Made by a program: the position numbers and the translations under genes
The notes under the pieces: model-generated
What the model saw: only the letters and a program-made list of their open reading frames with translations
Databases searched by the model: none
What the model was told of the DNA's origin: nothing
Source: Phoronis australis
Lineage: Eukaryota; Animalia; Phoronida
Direction of reading: 5' to 3'
DNA length: 64,000 nt
NCBI GenBank assembly: GCA_002633005.1
Contig: NMRA01000897.1
Coordinates: 42,943 to 106,942, forward strand
Shown here: in pieces, positions 35,301 through 49,029 of the stretch
Position numbering within the stretch: the first letter of the stretch is position 1
How the letters are laid out: each line of letters opens with the position of its first letter

Positions 35301-38300
35301 TCTAGCTTTGGATAATGGCACATTATAGCACTCTGTAATGTTAACAGCAACAGAAAGTGTATTGTTTTTACCAAGGTATCAGCACCCAATTGCCATCTCA
35401 CGTTAACATGGATTTGATTTTATGTTGCAGAACCAGAGACGTGTTTTGCTACTCTCAAGGCCTTGTGTACTGGCTTACCAGAATTCTGCTAGCTATCAAG
35501 GATCACAGCAGGCCAGTCCTGGAACATGAAGCCGGCAATGCATTTTGGCTACTGGTGTGGCCACGACTTAGTATTCAACAGGGGTTTGAAACTAAATTGT
35601 AAGTGACCATTAGCCGGGTACTGCTAAAATGAGTGACGATAATTTAGGACTCTGCTAGAAACAAAGGGGCAAACACAAAATTGAGATGAAGACGTGGGAA
35701 GGCCTTTTTTGCAATGAACAAGCCATGCCACGTCCTGTTATGTCCCCAAGGCTACATCAGTGCAGCTTATGACAAAAAGACCACCTGCAATGCTTACAAG
35801 AAAGTTGAATTTGATTGTTCCTTGAATGGGAGATGATTTAAATAACCAAAAATTGTGATGTATGAATTAAAAATGTCCGAGTGTGCTCCACATGTCCTGT
35901 GTGCGTGTGCATTGTGTGTTTATTTTCATCCATGCAATGTTTCCTTGTCCATACCAATGTTGCATGATATCTCAAGAACAGTGCTGTAGTGGGGCGTAGG
36001 CGCACGTAGGCACAGCCAACCACCTTTTGGCAATTGAAGGTAGCGCTTACGCACCGTACAGTGCTCAAGGTGATACGGTGGGCTTTTGGCACCTACTTAC
36101 CACAAATTTTACCACTTCAGCACTGCTCAAGAAGGAAGTTTTGTTTGTATTTTGTGCTGAAGTTTAGATGACAGCCTTGTCTTTGAATTCACAGTCACAT
36201 TCAGAAAATCAAGATTATACTTGGATAACATTTGCCCATGCAATTTTGTGTATTTACAAAAAGGTGTAGGTGGCCTATCTCCAGGTGTTAGTCACATTTT
36301 GAAGGTCACAATATGCAATTACATAGCCCTGAATGCTGCATCTAACCCAGCAACCAACCAAGGAGTTACGTGTTGCCTAAGGTCACTGTAGCATTTTCAT
36401 TTCATTGACCTAATAGACATGAAAATACAACAGTTATTTTTGTGTTCACAAAGGTTGAGAGAGGCTTTCATTAAGATTGGTTTCAAAATCATTACCATTT
36501 AAAATTATGAAAGCCTTGAAAACTATCACATCCTGATAGGCATAGCAGTGACACAGCTTTGAACATTGGGTGGCCTTCGGTCCTGGACGGCAGCCCCAGG
36601 TGCAGGCCTTCATCTAGGTGGCATCTAGGGTGTCCAACTACACAACCCGACATAAATTTAGACACATTAGGTAGGTTGCCCTATTTAGCTTTTGGACGCC
36701 CAAGTAAAGTGTACCATTTTTTTACCTAACAACAGCCCTGGAAGCTAACTGTCCTGGCCGAATAAGAAAGTTAAGACATGGTGTAAGATGGGATAGACTT
36801 TATTACACACCACAGTAACATTCCACACCATAACAGCGATTTGACTTAAGGTCATAGAAATAGTCAAGAGTCATTGGTCATAGATGCCTTCATTAATTAG
36901 AAAACTAACTCATGTTGAACGCCCTATTCTTTAAATCGTTTATGAACCACCTGCTAAATGCTAATATGTGGTGGGGAACAATTCAGCCACCCTGTGACAA
37001 ATGCTGTTATTTGTATTGTTTTCTCTTCTTGAAAGGTGTGAAACTCTAATCACTTAATTAACTACATGTAGTATATTTTTATATTTTGAATAACGAAAAC
37101 ATGTTATCCAGTGTTTGAAACAACTTCGAAAAAGTTTCTATAACACTGAAAGAGGTGCATAATGTACTAATTGTTTGAAGAGTTTCATATGTTTCACACT
37201 CTTCATGTTTCAGGGTAAATCAATGCTGCTGCATTCATTTTCGTGTCTGGCACTGACATTGAAACAATTGTTATTATTTCTAGGGGAGCAACTTATCTTC
37301 AACAAGAAGAGCAGGAGATGGTTGTCCATTCTGGTGAAGGCTTCTAAGAGCTATGACGAGCTGATGATTGTGAAAACCCGGTTAAAAGACATGTCTGACA
37401 TGCACTGCTTCCATGAACATAAAAGCAAAATGACTCCCGCTTGTTGTCTGACAACATTGCCGTCTTCGAATGATTGCCATCAGTAGAAGTCAATGCGTCA
37501 AAGAAGCTGCCTGACAGAGGTTATTTAAGATGATATGGCAACTGGGTGTTATTCAGTTAGTTTGTTGCAGAGGATCATCTGGTACTACAGTTTGGTTTAT
37601 AGTCATGATACATCCAGTTATGCAGAAGTTAACATGTTCAGTCAGGCCATCGACCTTCAAACTCTGCCATGGGCAGTTTGTGTAGTGTCAATTTGGAAAC
37701 TGTCAAGGCTTGTAATTTTCCTCTTTTAAGAGGATTTACTCTCTTTTGGTTTCGATTTCCTCTTATTATATTTCCAATTTCCTCTTTATGTCTCTTTTTT
37801 GATCATTATTTTGACTTCTATACCAAAAATCTCTATCAAAGACCCTAGTATTAATTTGTGGAATGATACATCACCTGTCATTGATCAGTCCAAGCCCTGA
37901 ACCTTAACTTTGTGCAAACAATTTCTTTATGGAGCGTTTGGTTTACAGAAACACTTTCTACATGGTGAGTAAGATACAACTGGTAATACCAGTTTAACTT
38001 GTATTACCATTGGATAGTTTTCTTGATTCTTAATTATTTTCTCAGCCAAATGTGTAGTCAGTGGTTTGTCTTCAGGTGGGTCATAGAGAGGCGGATATTT
38101 GTATACAAGGGTCACCATAAAGCTTCTGTGTTACGTAAAATTATGTTTTTAGTGATGTTTTACTGCTTAGGCAATTCACATTCATATTAAAACCTGCATT
38201 TAGAAATCTTGAATTTGAGAGTGATAGTGTTGAACATTACAATATATATTTTGAATGGCTATGCTGTTGGGTTAGAGGTTGTGCTTGTAAGTAAGGTGTG

Positions 38301-41300
38301 TTACATGAGTACCAGATTACTCGCGATTGGTCATTGCAAAAGCTATAGAACTTTAAATCAGAAAATGTTGCAACTTCTGATTATGGGCCATGGCCAAACA
38401 ACCAGGAGACTATGTCTGTTGAAAGGATATCTTGTTTTGTTAATTTTGTCCAATCATCTTTCTGTCACCTGCTATTGCATTATTGGCGTTAATCAGGAAA
38501 GACAAAAGCAGGAATCAACTAAAAACTCGTACCCCTATCTCACAAATTAGACATTATGTTCCTTGGTCGGTGGCCTTTCCCACAGTTGCATGCAATTTGC
38601 TAAAAGCGTTCGTCATGCTTTTACTGTTTAGCAGACTTTGAAAATTCTTTTGAAATTTTCCTCCAAGTTTTGAGGATTTTCGATGGTTACAGAGCATTAA
38701 TTTGTTGCAGAGAACTAGGTGGGAAGTCAATTTTAGTATTTTACATTATTTTGAAAAGTTAATCCATTACTGGTTTTACGAAATTGGGGCCATTGCCCTA
38801 CATGACGGTAACTAATTTAAGGATGCTCTAGGTTATTGTTGCAAGCCAAAATCCAAATGGACTTTTTATACTACACTAAGAAATAAAAAGTTCACTCTGA
38901 CAGTTGTGCTTTCATCTCACAAAGTAACAATTGTGCACAAGCAAGTTTCAGTGCTCAGCTACAATTGTTGTGTAGCCTGTATGTCCCAATAAAGTCTGTG
39001 AAAATTTTTGTCCAAACAAAACTGTGCAACTCTGTCCACATGTCTCCCAAGATGTCCATGTTGCCCCAAGAAAAAGTTTCTGTATGCCTGATGTCAGTTA
39101 GACGCATTCTGACCAGTCTCTGGCTTCAGTGTCATCACATTTCGTTGCAGAGGCAAGTACACCTTCTCCAGGCAAAACACTTGGAAATCCTGAAAGCATT
39201 GGTAAAATATATTATCGTGCGGTTTCGCATTACTGTAGATTTGATAAGGAACATTTGTCTCTTGTAAATGAATTATATACAACAACAACTGGTTGATTGG
39301 GGTTGACATCCTATACTGGACAATCAAAACGTATAGAATTATTTTCATTATTGCAGACTGAACTCACCAATACTTTTGTAAATTGACATTTGGTTGGTTT
39401 GGGATGGGATTTGCTACTGAGATTTGATTTGAGTTCTTGGCCAGATTTGTTTTCCTTCAAAAAGTGATTTGAATTGTGTGGCTGTATATCTGTTTAAACC
39501 AATTGAAGACTCAAAAGTAAAGTAGCTATAGGAGTCTTTGAGGTCCTGGTGACATTAATATGAATCACCTTAAAAATGAAAAAGAGCAGACCAAAAAGTA
39601 CTAAGCAATTTTGTAAAATGTTTCCCACTGATATATGTAGTCTGTAGTCAATACTAAAAACTTTGTAGTGATTAAATTTTTAGACAACGGTTTAGTGAAT
39701 ACTTACAGGTAATAATGAAACGCAGTTAGCAGATTGCTTCCCACAGCACACTTTTATTTCTGGTTGGCATTTCTTGACACCTGTGACACGGGCACCATGA
39801 TGGATCTTCTGATTGTGCTGGGTAATGATCCAGTGAAGTGACCTGTGGTAGCCTAAATTCTAGACGCGGGGGTCTTGCTTGGCGACATCCAACATTAGGT
39901 CTCTCAATTCCTTCTTTTATTCATGCGACTGATTCGACCCTAAAGTGAGAGTAATTCAGTGACAACTTTCACAGTAATGAGAACAATTTTTATAACTTTT
40001 GTTTGTATTGTTGTAGGATTTATTTGCCAACAAGTACAAAGACAACCGCTGTATGACTATCAGATTGGAAATAATCTACTGGTTTAGGATTGGGTTTTGG
40101 ATTAATTCATAGGCGGATTTGGGGGGTGGATACGGGGCCTGGCCCCCCCCACCTGGCTGCCGCAAAAGAAGCAAAACGGCAAGAGCGCGAGGAAACATTG
40201 AGTCCACTAATTAATCTCGGTACTTAACATGTGGCTGTGAGGGGGGGTTGGCTCGGACCCGATCGTATCAGGGGACCTGCGTAAACGCCTTCTCATTTTT
40301 TTGTTTTTTTAGTCCACTGTTAGCTTTGTAGTACGAGGACCAGAAATTCGAGCAACACAATTTTTCGGGCTGGGTTCTCGCATTCAATCGTAAACCACAC
40401 TTGCCCAAGACAAAATGTTGCCCCCCCTTATGGTATCCTCGATCCGCCAATATAATTTAGAGATGCAGCCATGGAATCGTTTCTACCCCATGTACTAGGT
40501 CCAGAGCTCTATAATTGCAAACCCATGCTGTCCCAGGGCCTGGGACAGTGTCACGCAGGAAACTTATTTTTCGTAAGCAACTGATATCGTGCACCTCCGA
40601 GTTGTACATAATCTCCCAGAAGAGGAAACGTAAACAACCAAGCTCGACGAAGTCATGAATCACTAAGACTCGATTGCAGGTTTAAAATTGAACACAACTC
40701 ACGAGGTTGTAGCCTGTATATTATGTAATATAGACAAGTACACGGATACGTCGACTTCGAATGACTCAGGATAGCGACAGAAATAGTTGAGAGAACCGAG
40801 GTTCAGACCAAAATAATCTTGCTGTTTACGAGTAAGAATCAAGCTGTGATTTCCAAATGTTTGTACATTCTGATTTCTTGTTTAGCTGGCAAGAAGTCAC
40901 AAAACACCTAACTCACCTCGACCGCTTGCTTGACATGTTTGTCTTCCGTCAGCTGATTCGTGTGCATTATGGGTAATCTCTCCACTGGCAACCCCGCATA
41001 AATAATGAGGTTTGGCTGAAGGTCCGCACACTTTTTATAAATTTAAAAAAAGTAATAGTAAAATAACGAGAGTATGTACATCGCTGTAATTTACGAAAAG
41101 AGTTAATTTTAGTGATATCTTTCGATTGGCAAAGCTCAATTTGTGATCTAAGCAGGCGAAAGTAAAGGAAATAGTGACTTTAAGTACAAGTCTGTGCTAC
41201 ATCGTGCCATCTACATGTATGATCGGCAACATGAGAAAAATGTGTGGACGAACACGCATGTTGTTGTCATGGTGACATTTGTTTTAAAGTTCGTCTGCGC

Positions 41301-44088
41301 TGACTAAGCAAGCGCGTGCGTGTCACCAGAGCTCATTTGTCAGAGCAGAGACCGTCTTTTGGCCAGAACCACGCAATCTAACAAGCTACTAGAAATTTGC
41401 ACAAGCAGTAGGCCTAAACCAGAGCGTGTTTCATTCAGCACTTGCCGGTCTCGTGTACTAAAAACGTTCGACATTTGTCTCGGTAAGGCCCACATTTGTC
41501 GCCGTGTGACTAGATGTGTACGTGACAATTATTTTTTGGTGTAAGGGTGTGTACGCATTCACTGTCAGTGTCATTTTGTGGGATATTTGGCTTAAAAACA
41601 CAAATTATGGTTAATCAAACAATTCATCTTAAAAATAACGCAAACAAAATAGTATTTGAAACTGTCGGAAATAAGTGCCAATATTCATTTCTTGCCGATG
41701 CTATGATACCCATTTCACGAATGGATAGTTCCCAACTAATGTCTTTGATGACAGGTTCATGTATGTAGCGCGTGCTTCCTGGCCACGTGCTTTTAACACT
41801 GGCGAAGCTTTTTATTAGTCTTCGATTCGCGGTTTTCATGTGTACAAAGAAATTTGGATTCCTGTTGAAGGTGGGAAATATCTACAAAGCAATCCCGCAG
41901 ACTGAAAGGCCAGACCATTGGTCCTCGCAAGATCAGCAAAACTTTTGTGTTCATCATGGCGGAAGTTTGAAGTGTATAGTCACGGCTAAATACCGACATA
42001 GCGGCGAGGCTCGTGGTCTACAAATTCTGCTCACAATTTTTTTCAGGACTGCCAGATATTATTGATAAATGGATGACGTTACTGTAGAATTTTAGGACTG
42101 TAGGCGCTTATTTTTATAGCAAAGACTGAAAACGCGTGGGGGGGCGCTTATAGGGGCATGGGCGGTTATTACGGTGAATACGGTATGCAATCATTTACCC
42201 CATCTCAGTTTTACTCACGCGCCTAATCCCCAATATCGGTGCAGCTTCACATGTAAGTGTATGGACCTAAATTTGCAAATACGATAGTGATTGACAAGTT
42301 TAGATGGTATTAATTTTAACAAGCCAGGGTTCTATTACTATGAATCATCACATTATCTGCACTCAAGCAGCACCCAAAATTTGCAATGGCCCTAAAACCC
42401 ATTTGTGCTAGGCATATTCTAAGAACTCTAAATATGTTAAGATTTCATATAATAACATGCTAACAGGACCATGTTCCAAGCTAGCAGACACATACCGATG
42501 AAATTTCCTCAGCAAGCTTGACCTGTTCCCTGAATTCATCCTCTTTCTTGGAGAGCTGAAAATGTGCAAAAATGGTCATAGATGCATGTCCACATTTCAT
42601 CAATTTCCATCAACATGACTTCTCATTAAACGTCAATATAGTGTAGCACAGATTGCACATCAAAATGAACAAAAGGTGATGGCCTTAGATGGCGCCACCA
42701 CATTCAGAATTAAATCAATACTACCTGGTGATATCACTTTTTTCACATAGCAATTTAATATAGAAATTGAAGTTTTTGGCAAGTCATAGAGCAGGACTGG
42801 TGTAACTCAAATACATCAATTAACATTCTGTAGCTGATGGCCAACAAAGAGCACTGAGGTCATCATAATGGTACCAAACATGCTTTTACCTTCACATCCT
42901 AACCTATGTATAACAGATTCCCCAACTACAGAAATGTGACTGTGTACCAACCATTTCCGCAACAAAAATGAGAATGGATGTTGCAAGAAAATGAAATGTG
43001 ATGATGACATAACCCAAAGCAGTGCTATCTCTCATGCTTTAAGACCAGGGCTTGTTCTAGCAAAGACTGACACTAACTCAAGACAAAGACAGTTTAACGC
43101 AAGTGAGAATATCTGTCACTGGTGTAGCTGGAAAATGACAGGATGGTGGAAAAAAATAAAATGATCCCAAGAATGAAAAACAACGTTGCAAGATGCATGA
43201 AATTCTTTCAAAATATTATTAAAGTAATGCGAAAAGAATAATCTTTTTCCACCCAACATACTTTGGACTGCTGCCTTAGCTTTACTTTGTTTCTCTCTGA
43301 CCGTGTGTGTCTTTTCTTGATTTTTTGAAAGGTATCTTCAATCTGTCCTCTGTCCTTGGGTCCAGACATGCCTGAAGGCAGAAAAGTACAACAGGCAACA
43401 ATTTAGCTGTTCACAAAACTTCAGGTTTTTTGGTTTGTGAAATTACAGTGTTTATTTATATTAGCAAAAACACATGTTAAGTTTTGTTATACACAAAATT
43501 TGTAGGATACCGGAGGCATGCACACTCTACCAACCTTGTGTCCTGCCCGTTCTCAAATTGTCTTCTTTTTGGGAAACACCTGGCTGAGCGGAATTGAGAT
43601 GTTGTCTGAAAACTATAGAGCAAGATTGTTGTCAGTGACATTCACTAGTACATGAGAATTGCAATAATGGTGAAGAAACACAGCAGTAGCAGGACCGACA
43701 CTATGAGTCACAGCCAACTTAACATCCCGTCATAGGAATTACACAGTAACCAAGGTCTACCCATCCACCACAGTGTGTTTCCGCTCTTAAAATGATAAAA
43801 AATCCAGTAGTTTTAAAATTACAGAACCTAACCTTTCACAAAAAATCGATGATTTTATTTATACCTGCACTTGCTATCATCGTTGGAAGAAAATAATACC
43901 GGCCGATGCCTACCTTCTAAGATAGAATTTCGAAGTGTTTCTCTATCCCCAGCAGCTAAAAAGGAATGGTTTCTAACGTTGTGTTGATGCTCAGACTGTT
44001 TGTCCATATGTCCTGTAATGATATTAATATGATTGAGAACCTCAAAAACCACATCACAGAATTCAACACTTGAGTGTTTTGATGTTTT
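32398..44088 (-). CDS. Spliced gene of unknown product (possibly a pseudogene). Exons 44088-43865, 43605-43535, 43371-43262, 32454-32398; candidate further exon 30582-30327
   Basis: Each exon has AG/GT boundaries and the phases chain correctly (0-2, 2-1, 1-0, 0-0), giving KTSKHSSVEFCDVVFEVLNH...DDSKCR/QHLNSAQPG...RTQG/MSGPKDRGQIEDTFQKIKKRHTRSERNKVKLRQQSK/CAKATGNLLSTAITSDRLT. No known domain recognised. Confidence 0.55.
33633..41179 (+). mobile_element. Degraded Kolobok transposon (~7.5 kb) with transposase and KolX relics
   Basis: Inserted at the TTAA of ggtttaagtac (intact in copy 1 near 6635). Ends ttaa-ggcactatttcc / ggaaatagtgact-ttaa. Plus-strand remnants DKHEW...IEKGS..H (~35106-35290) and TRILLAIKDH (~35480). 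Minus-strand PSWCPCHRCQEMPT..CCG (~39740-39805) is typical of KolX. Confidence 0.7.
34546..34648. mobile_element. 103-bp hairpin MITE with 8-bp TSD (hAT- or P-type)
   Basis: cacaggcgtcctcagcttctgatcgtccctaatacactg...cagtgtattagggacgatcagaagctgagggcgcctgtg, flanked by GAGCAAAC at 34538-34545 and 34649-34656. Confidence 0.9.
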
Positions 44089-45620
44089 CTGAAGGTTTAT
44101 TTAACACTTATTTTGGCAAATAACAGCAGTACATTAAGACAACAAGTATAATGCAGTGCCGAACTATTATTTCAACAATCCTGTTTAAAATTAATGTTGA
44201 CTGTACTTTAATATAAAATTTGCCTCATAAATGATTATAACAATTCCTCAAAATCACCTCTACATTGCAAAACTATCTCTTCTAGCTTTGCAACAAGTAT
44301 TCGCCCATTTCACTGGTTGTGCCAGGGTGTTATTTGGCAAAATATTTAAAACGTCAGCAACATGGAAAATTTGTTATAATACAAAAAGAAAGGAAGCAAA
44401 TAAGACAGTAACACTGTTTTGTCACAATATAAAGCATAAGTGTACCCATGTTTGACATTGCACTCACTACCAAAACCTATTTTTGGACAATTAAATTTCA
44501 TAACTTGATGGGCCAATCTGACAATAAAAATAATTGAGGAGCCTGAATAGTATACGGGTTGTCGCATCCTTTGCCAAGGTTTCATTATCACTTGCTGGTC
44601 CAAGGGCCCTCACTCACCTGAGGGAAAGGTGTCTGCAGGCCTTCATGCAGCGTACGTCCTGGGCGTCCATTTGGATGCCACAGCACTAATCTGAACGCCC
44701 TGGCAAGGAGGCCCAATATATCATTTGGACGCCCTGTCAATCAGAATTTGTCCTTTGGACACCCACATTGTAAGTTTACTGGGACTCTCAGTTAATGAAA
44801 GAGAGAAGTTGGGGCCTTTCAACTCAGAAATAAATATACAATGTATATAAAATGTATGTAAAATGTTACAATGTTCAAACTATTTTCAAAGTATTTAGTA
44901 GACCTGTCAATCATAAGAACATGTTTGCTTGCCAAAGTGTCTCTGCCATGGACATATTAGCATCATCTGTGCATTTTTCTTGAGTTGGTAACTGCAGCTT
45001 TGATGACTCATTGTACATAATATAAAGCTAGTTACGATTATATGACAAACTTTATAACATCAATTTGCACTCATCGTTCAACCAAAATCTGTAATATCTG
45101 TAACCTGTTTGGTTAGCTGTGAATTTGGCTGTTTTCGTAATTTTGGACATAACAGTCTTGATCTACACAGTTTTTAGTAAAAAGATTACTACAAGAAAGC
45201 CGTTTTTGTAAACTTACATGTAAAAGCCTTGTTCAATGCATTTTTTGTAAAAAAACTTTCTGTGTGTGGGGGGAGGTTGTTACTGGTGAATGGTGGTGGG
45301 GCTTGGGGGTAATGCGTCATTGGAATCACGGACGCCCTGGAATATTGGGAACTCCAGTTTGGACACCCTATTTTCGAAATCCTAGATAAAGCCCTGGGTG
45401 TCTGTGCTTTCTGAGCGGGGAGAATTTTTAATCACTGGGAAGAAGTTTTGATCTTGATGAGAGGAATTTTGTGTGATTTTCAAATGTTTTTCATAGGGGA
45501 TTGGGAATGACATTCGGACCCACATTAATTGAAACATTAAGGGCCCTATGGTGATCACAACCACCTGTCACTTCACTCAATCTAACCCAATTCTCCTCCT
45601 CACAATCAACACAATTTCTG

Positions 45621-46325
45621 TGTCAGAATATAGTCTGACTGTATTATTAGTTGTATTGTTTTGTTTTGTTATTCAGTTTGATTGGCATGACCCCTGAGTT
45701 AAGTACAATGATGATGTAATTTGTTTACTACAGTATAGTGTGGAACTTTCTAGAAAACTCTAGCATGACAGTGATTAATGCAGTCTGGAATATTCTAGAG
45801 ACTAGTACATGTTTGTAGAATGGTTGGGTAGATTCAGGAAAGTTCTAGAATGTGCTTGAATTGATGAAAAGTTCCAGAACAATGCATTGGGCTATAAATA
45901 CACAAGCACGGGTTTGTGTTAGTCAGTTGAGTCCAAGAAGATCACGTAAGTTCAAGGGAAGATCAAGTCAGTTCAAGTAAGTTAATCAGGAGAACTACAG
46001 TTGAGTTGCATTGAAGAGAATCACCAGTTACAGCGATAGTCAATAGAGAGCCAGCTATAGAGACAGCAAGTTATTGAACCAACGAGTGTAACAGTTGCTG
46101 GAAGTATCTCAGCAGTTCATCACAAGTCAAGGCTTCGCAGCACTGGCTGGAGCATAAACAGACATTAATTAAGTCGGACGTTTTGTTTGAGTAGGCTTGT
46201 GAACGTTCGGTCGGGATTAATAAAGGATTAACTCGAACCAGTCTTCAGTCTATCGTTGCACCGAAAGCTATTAGCACCGGCCTGTAACAACCTGCGCCCA
46301 CCCACACACGGGGAAAAACGTGACA
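45621..46325 (+). mobile_element. Solo LTR (705 bp)
   Basis: TGTCA...TGACA ends, 5-bp TSD TTCTG (45616-45620, 46326-46330), TATAAATA near 45893 and AATAAA near 46219. Confidence 0.85.
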
Positions 46326-47231
46326 TTCTGTCAACACAATTTCTGTCGTGGCTATCACTAATTTCTCCCAACCCTCAATAACAAACTTCACATCTTCAGT
46401 TTTCAATTTCTTTAATAGAATGAAGGCTCAGTGGGAGATGTTGTTCCTGCTGGAAGGAATTCAAGACTCCCAACTGGTTCCAAGGGTGCACATAGTAATG
46501 TGACTGATAGTTTAGCTCATGGATTTTTTTAGCACATAACTCTCATCATATATCAAATGAACTAAAGGTAGAACCTTTTGCTTTCCAGCTGTTACGTGAA
46601 CTTCTGGAAGTCTCGCGACATTCTCAAGCTCACTATACTTATCAACTGCTAGCTAGCCTGTGATTTGCTACTGGACCTTCATTGACAGTGAAATTTGAAC
46701 CAGACAGTGGCCAATCAAAGTGCATCAAGTAATGGCAGGATTGAGAACATTGCAAGACTTCTCGCAGTTATGATCAGGCCTTTATGCAGCGTACGTCTTG
46801 GGCGTCCAAATGGACGCCTTAGCACTAATATGGATGCCATGGCAAGGACGTCCAATGTATCATTTGGACACCCACTATCAATAGGAACCGTGTGACACAC
46901 ACATTGTAATGATTACTAGGAAGCCTATGAAGACTCACAGTGGTGGCTCTTTTTTCAAAGCAGGAAGACATATACAATGTATATACAAAGTATATACAAT
47001 GTTGCTTTGCTCACACTTGGTCTACATTTTTTTTAGTAAAACTGCTCACTACAGAAGGCCGTTTTGTAAACTTAGACGTAAAAACCTTGGTCTATGCATT
47101 TTTTGGTAAAAAATCTGTGTGTTTGGGGGGATTGCTGGGGGTGGGGGTCATGCGTCGGAATCATGGACGCCCTGGAATATTGGGAGCCCCATTTTGGACA
47201 CCTTATTTTCGAAATCCTGGATAAAAGGCCT

Positions 47232-48278
47232 GGGCCCGGTCTCCAATCTCCGTACTCAGACTCGAATCATGCTCAAACTCACACTTCATACTCAACTCGA
47301 GTACAGACTCAGCTTTGGTGTATTCAATGTCATACTCGAAAACTCTGTACTCGAAATTTCGAGCACGTACTCAGTTTTCGAGTGTACTCGAACTGAAGTG
47401 TATCTCATCTATATTTCGAGTACGATTTTGAGTAAAAATTTGGAGTCTATGCTCAAATTTCAAGTTTGGTATGGCAGTGTGCTTGAAATCGTACTNNNNN
47501 NNNNNNNNNNNNNNNNNNNNNNNNNNNNNNNNNNNNNNNNNNNNNNNNNNNNNNNNNNNNNNNNNNNNNNNNNNNNNNNNNNNNNNNNNNNNNNNNNNNN
47601 NNNNNNNNNNNNNNNNNNNNNNNNNNNNNNNNNNNNNNNNNNNNNNNNNNNNNNNNNNNNNNNNNNNNNNNNNNNNNNNNNNNNNNNNNNNNNNNNNNNN
47701 NNNNNNNNNNNNNNNNNNNNNNNNNNNNNNNNNNNNNNNNNNNNNNNNNNNNNNNNNNNNNNNNNNNNNNNNNNNNNNNNNNNNNNNNNNNNNNNNNNNN
47801 NNNNNNNNNNNNNNNNNNNNNNNNNNNNNNNNNNNNNNNNNNNNNNNNNNNNNNNNNNNNNNNNNNNNNNNNNNNNNNNNNNNNNNNNNNNNNNNNNNNN
47901 NNNNNNNNNNNNNNNNNNNNNNNNNNNNNNNNNNNNNNNNAAAAAATGAATAACAGTTACAGAACACTCAGAATTCCACGTTATAGACATACTCTTGAAG
48001 TTGTAGCGACAGCAGACGATAATGTAGGCCTAGTTCTTGGGGTGGTCTATTCCAATAGCGAGCGATGAATCAGCGCGGCTTTGCGTGATTTTGCACTTCA
48101 CATCATAAAGAGTTCCATAGCAACTCGAGTATGAGTGTCAGATTTGAGTACGTTTGGAGTCTACTCGAAATAAGACATTAGATACGCTTTTTTGAGTACG
48201 ACTCCAGTGAGCACGATTTTGAGTATGAAATCTCGAGTATGAGTATGAGTCTGAGTACGGAGATTGGAGACCGGGCCC
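47232..48278. mobile_element. Harbinger-like MITE with actcga-rich subterminal repeats (spans a gap)
   Basis: TIR gggcccggtctccaatctccgtactcagactc and its reverse complement at the right end. Confidence 0.8.
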
Positions 48279-48296
48279 CGGTTATGATTTCTGCTG

Positions 48297-48452
48297 TGTT
48301 GTAGAACTGATTTGCTTCGAGTGAATCATATGAGCCTCTGTTAGCCACTTGCTAACGGACAATTGCCTATTAGCTAAATGGTTAGCATGTTCGCCAATTT
48401 TTTAGGATGGATGATTGAATTCCCGGGTCGGGTAATCTCGGCTGTTACTACA
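48297..48452 (+). mobile_element. Short (~156-bp) LTR followed by a PBS-like tggcg; related solo copy at 56758-56914
   Basis: TGTTGTAG...TTAC(T/A)ACA ends in both copies; aatggcgtagttggca follows the first copy. Confidence 0.55.
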
Positions 48453-49029
48453 AATGGCGTAGTTGGCAAACGGATGATCTACGGATAAAAAACTGCCAAC
48501 TAGAACCCGCGGACCTCAGATGGCGCGCAAGGTTATGGCGATGGTAAAAATTCAGAGTCGAGGACCTGCAGAGAGGCAACCTTGTGTTCACCTGTGCTAT
48601 GGTGGTAAAGGTACCAAGGAAAGTTGATGACCTGTATGTGAGACAACCTGGTGTCCACTTTCCTGGTGGCGCTCCAATGGGGCTATTCGGAAAATTTACA
48701 TTAACTAGAGGGCATGCGTGTACTAGTGATGATAGATTAAGCAGCCTCGCTTTTGTGAGCCCTTTAAATACATGGTGAAATGGCTTGCAGTGTTGCCAAC
48801 TGAATCTGAGATTGCGTGAAAAAGGTGCAAGTAAGCATGACTTTATACAAAGGAAAGGTTTGTGATTATTTTAACAATTATTAGATGTTTATTCTACTGA
48901 TGCCTGTTAACTGAGGTACTCGCCGATGTCGACTTCGCGGCAGTTGCCAGTTGGGTTAACCTTTGTTGTGATGTGTGTTATGCTACTTGACGTAGCACTC
49001 GGGATCTTTCAGACATCAACACTTATATG

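Larger units (their letters stand above)
33497..42183 (+). mobile_element. Non-autonomous pogo/mariner-like element, copy 2 (both ends present), interrupted by Kolobok
   Basis: ta|ccgtatttgccgtaataaccgccca ... tgggcggttattacggtgaatacgg|ta. Confidence 0.85.
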
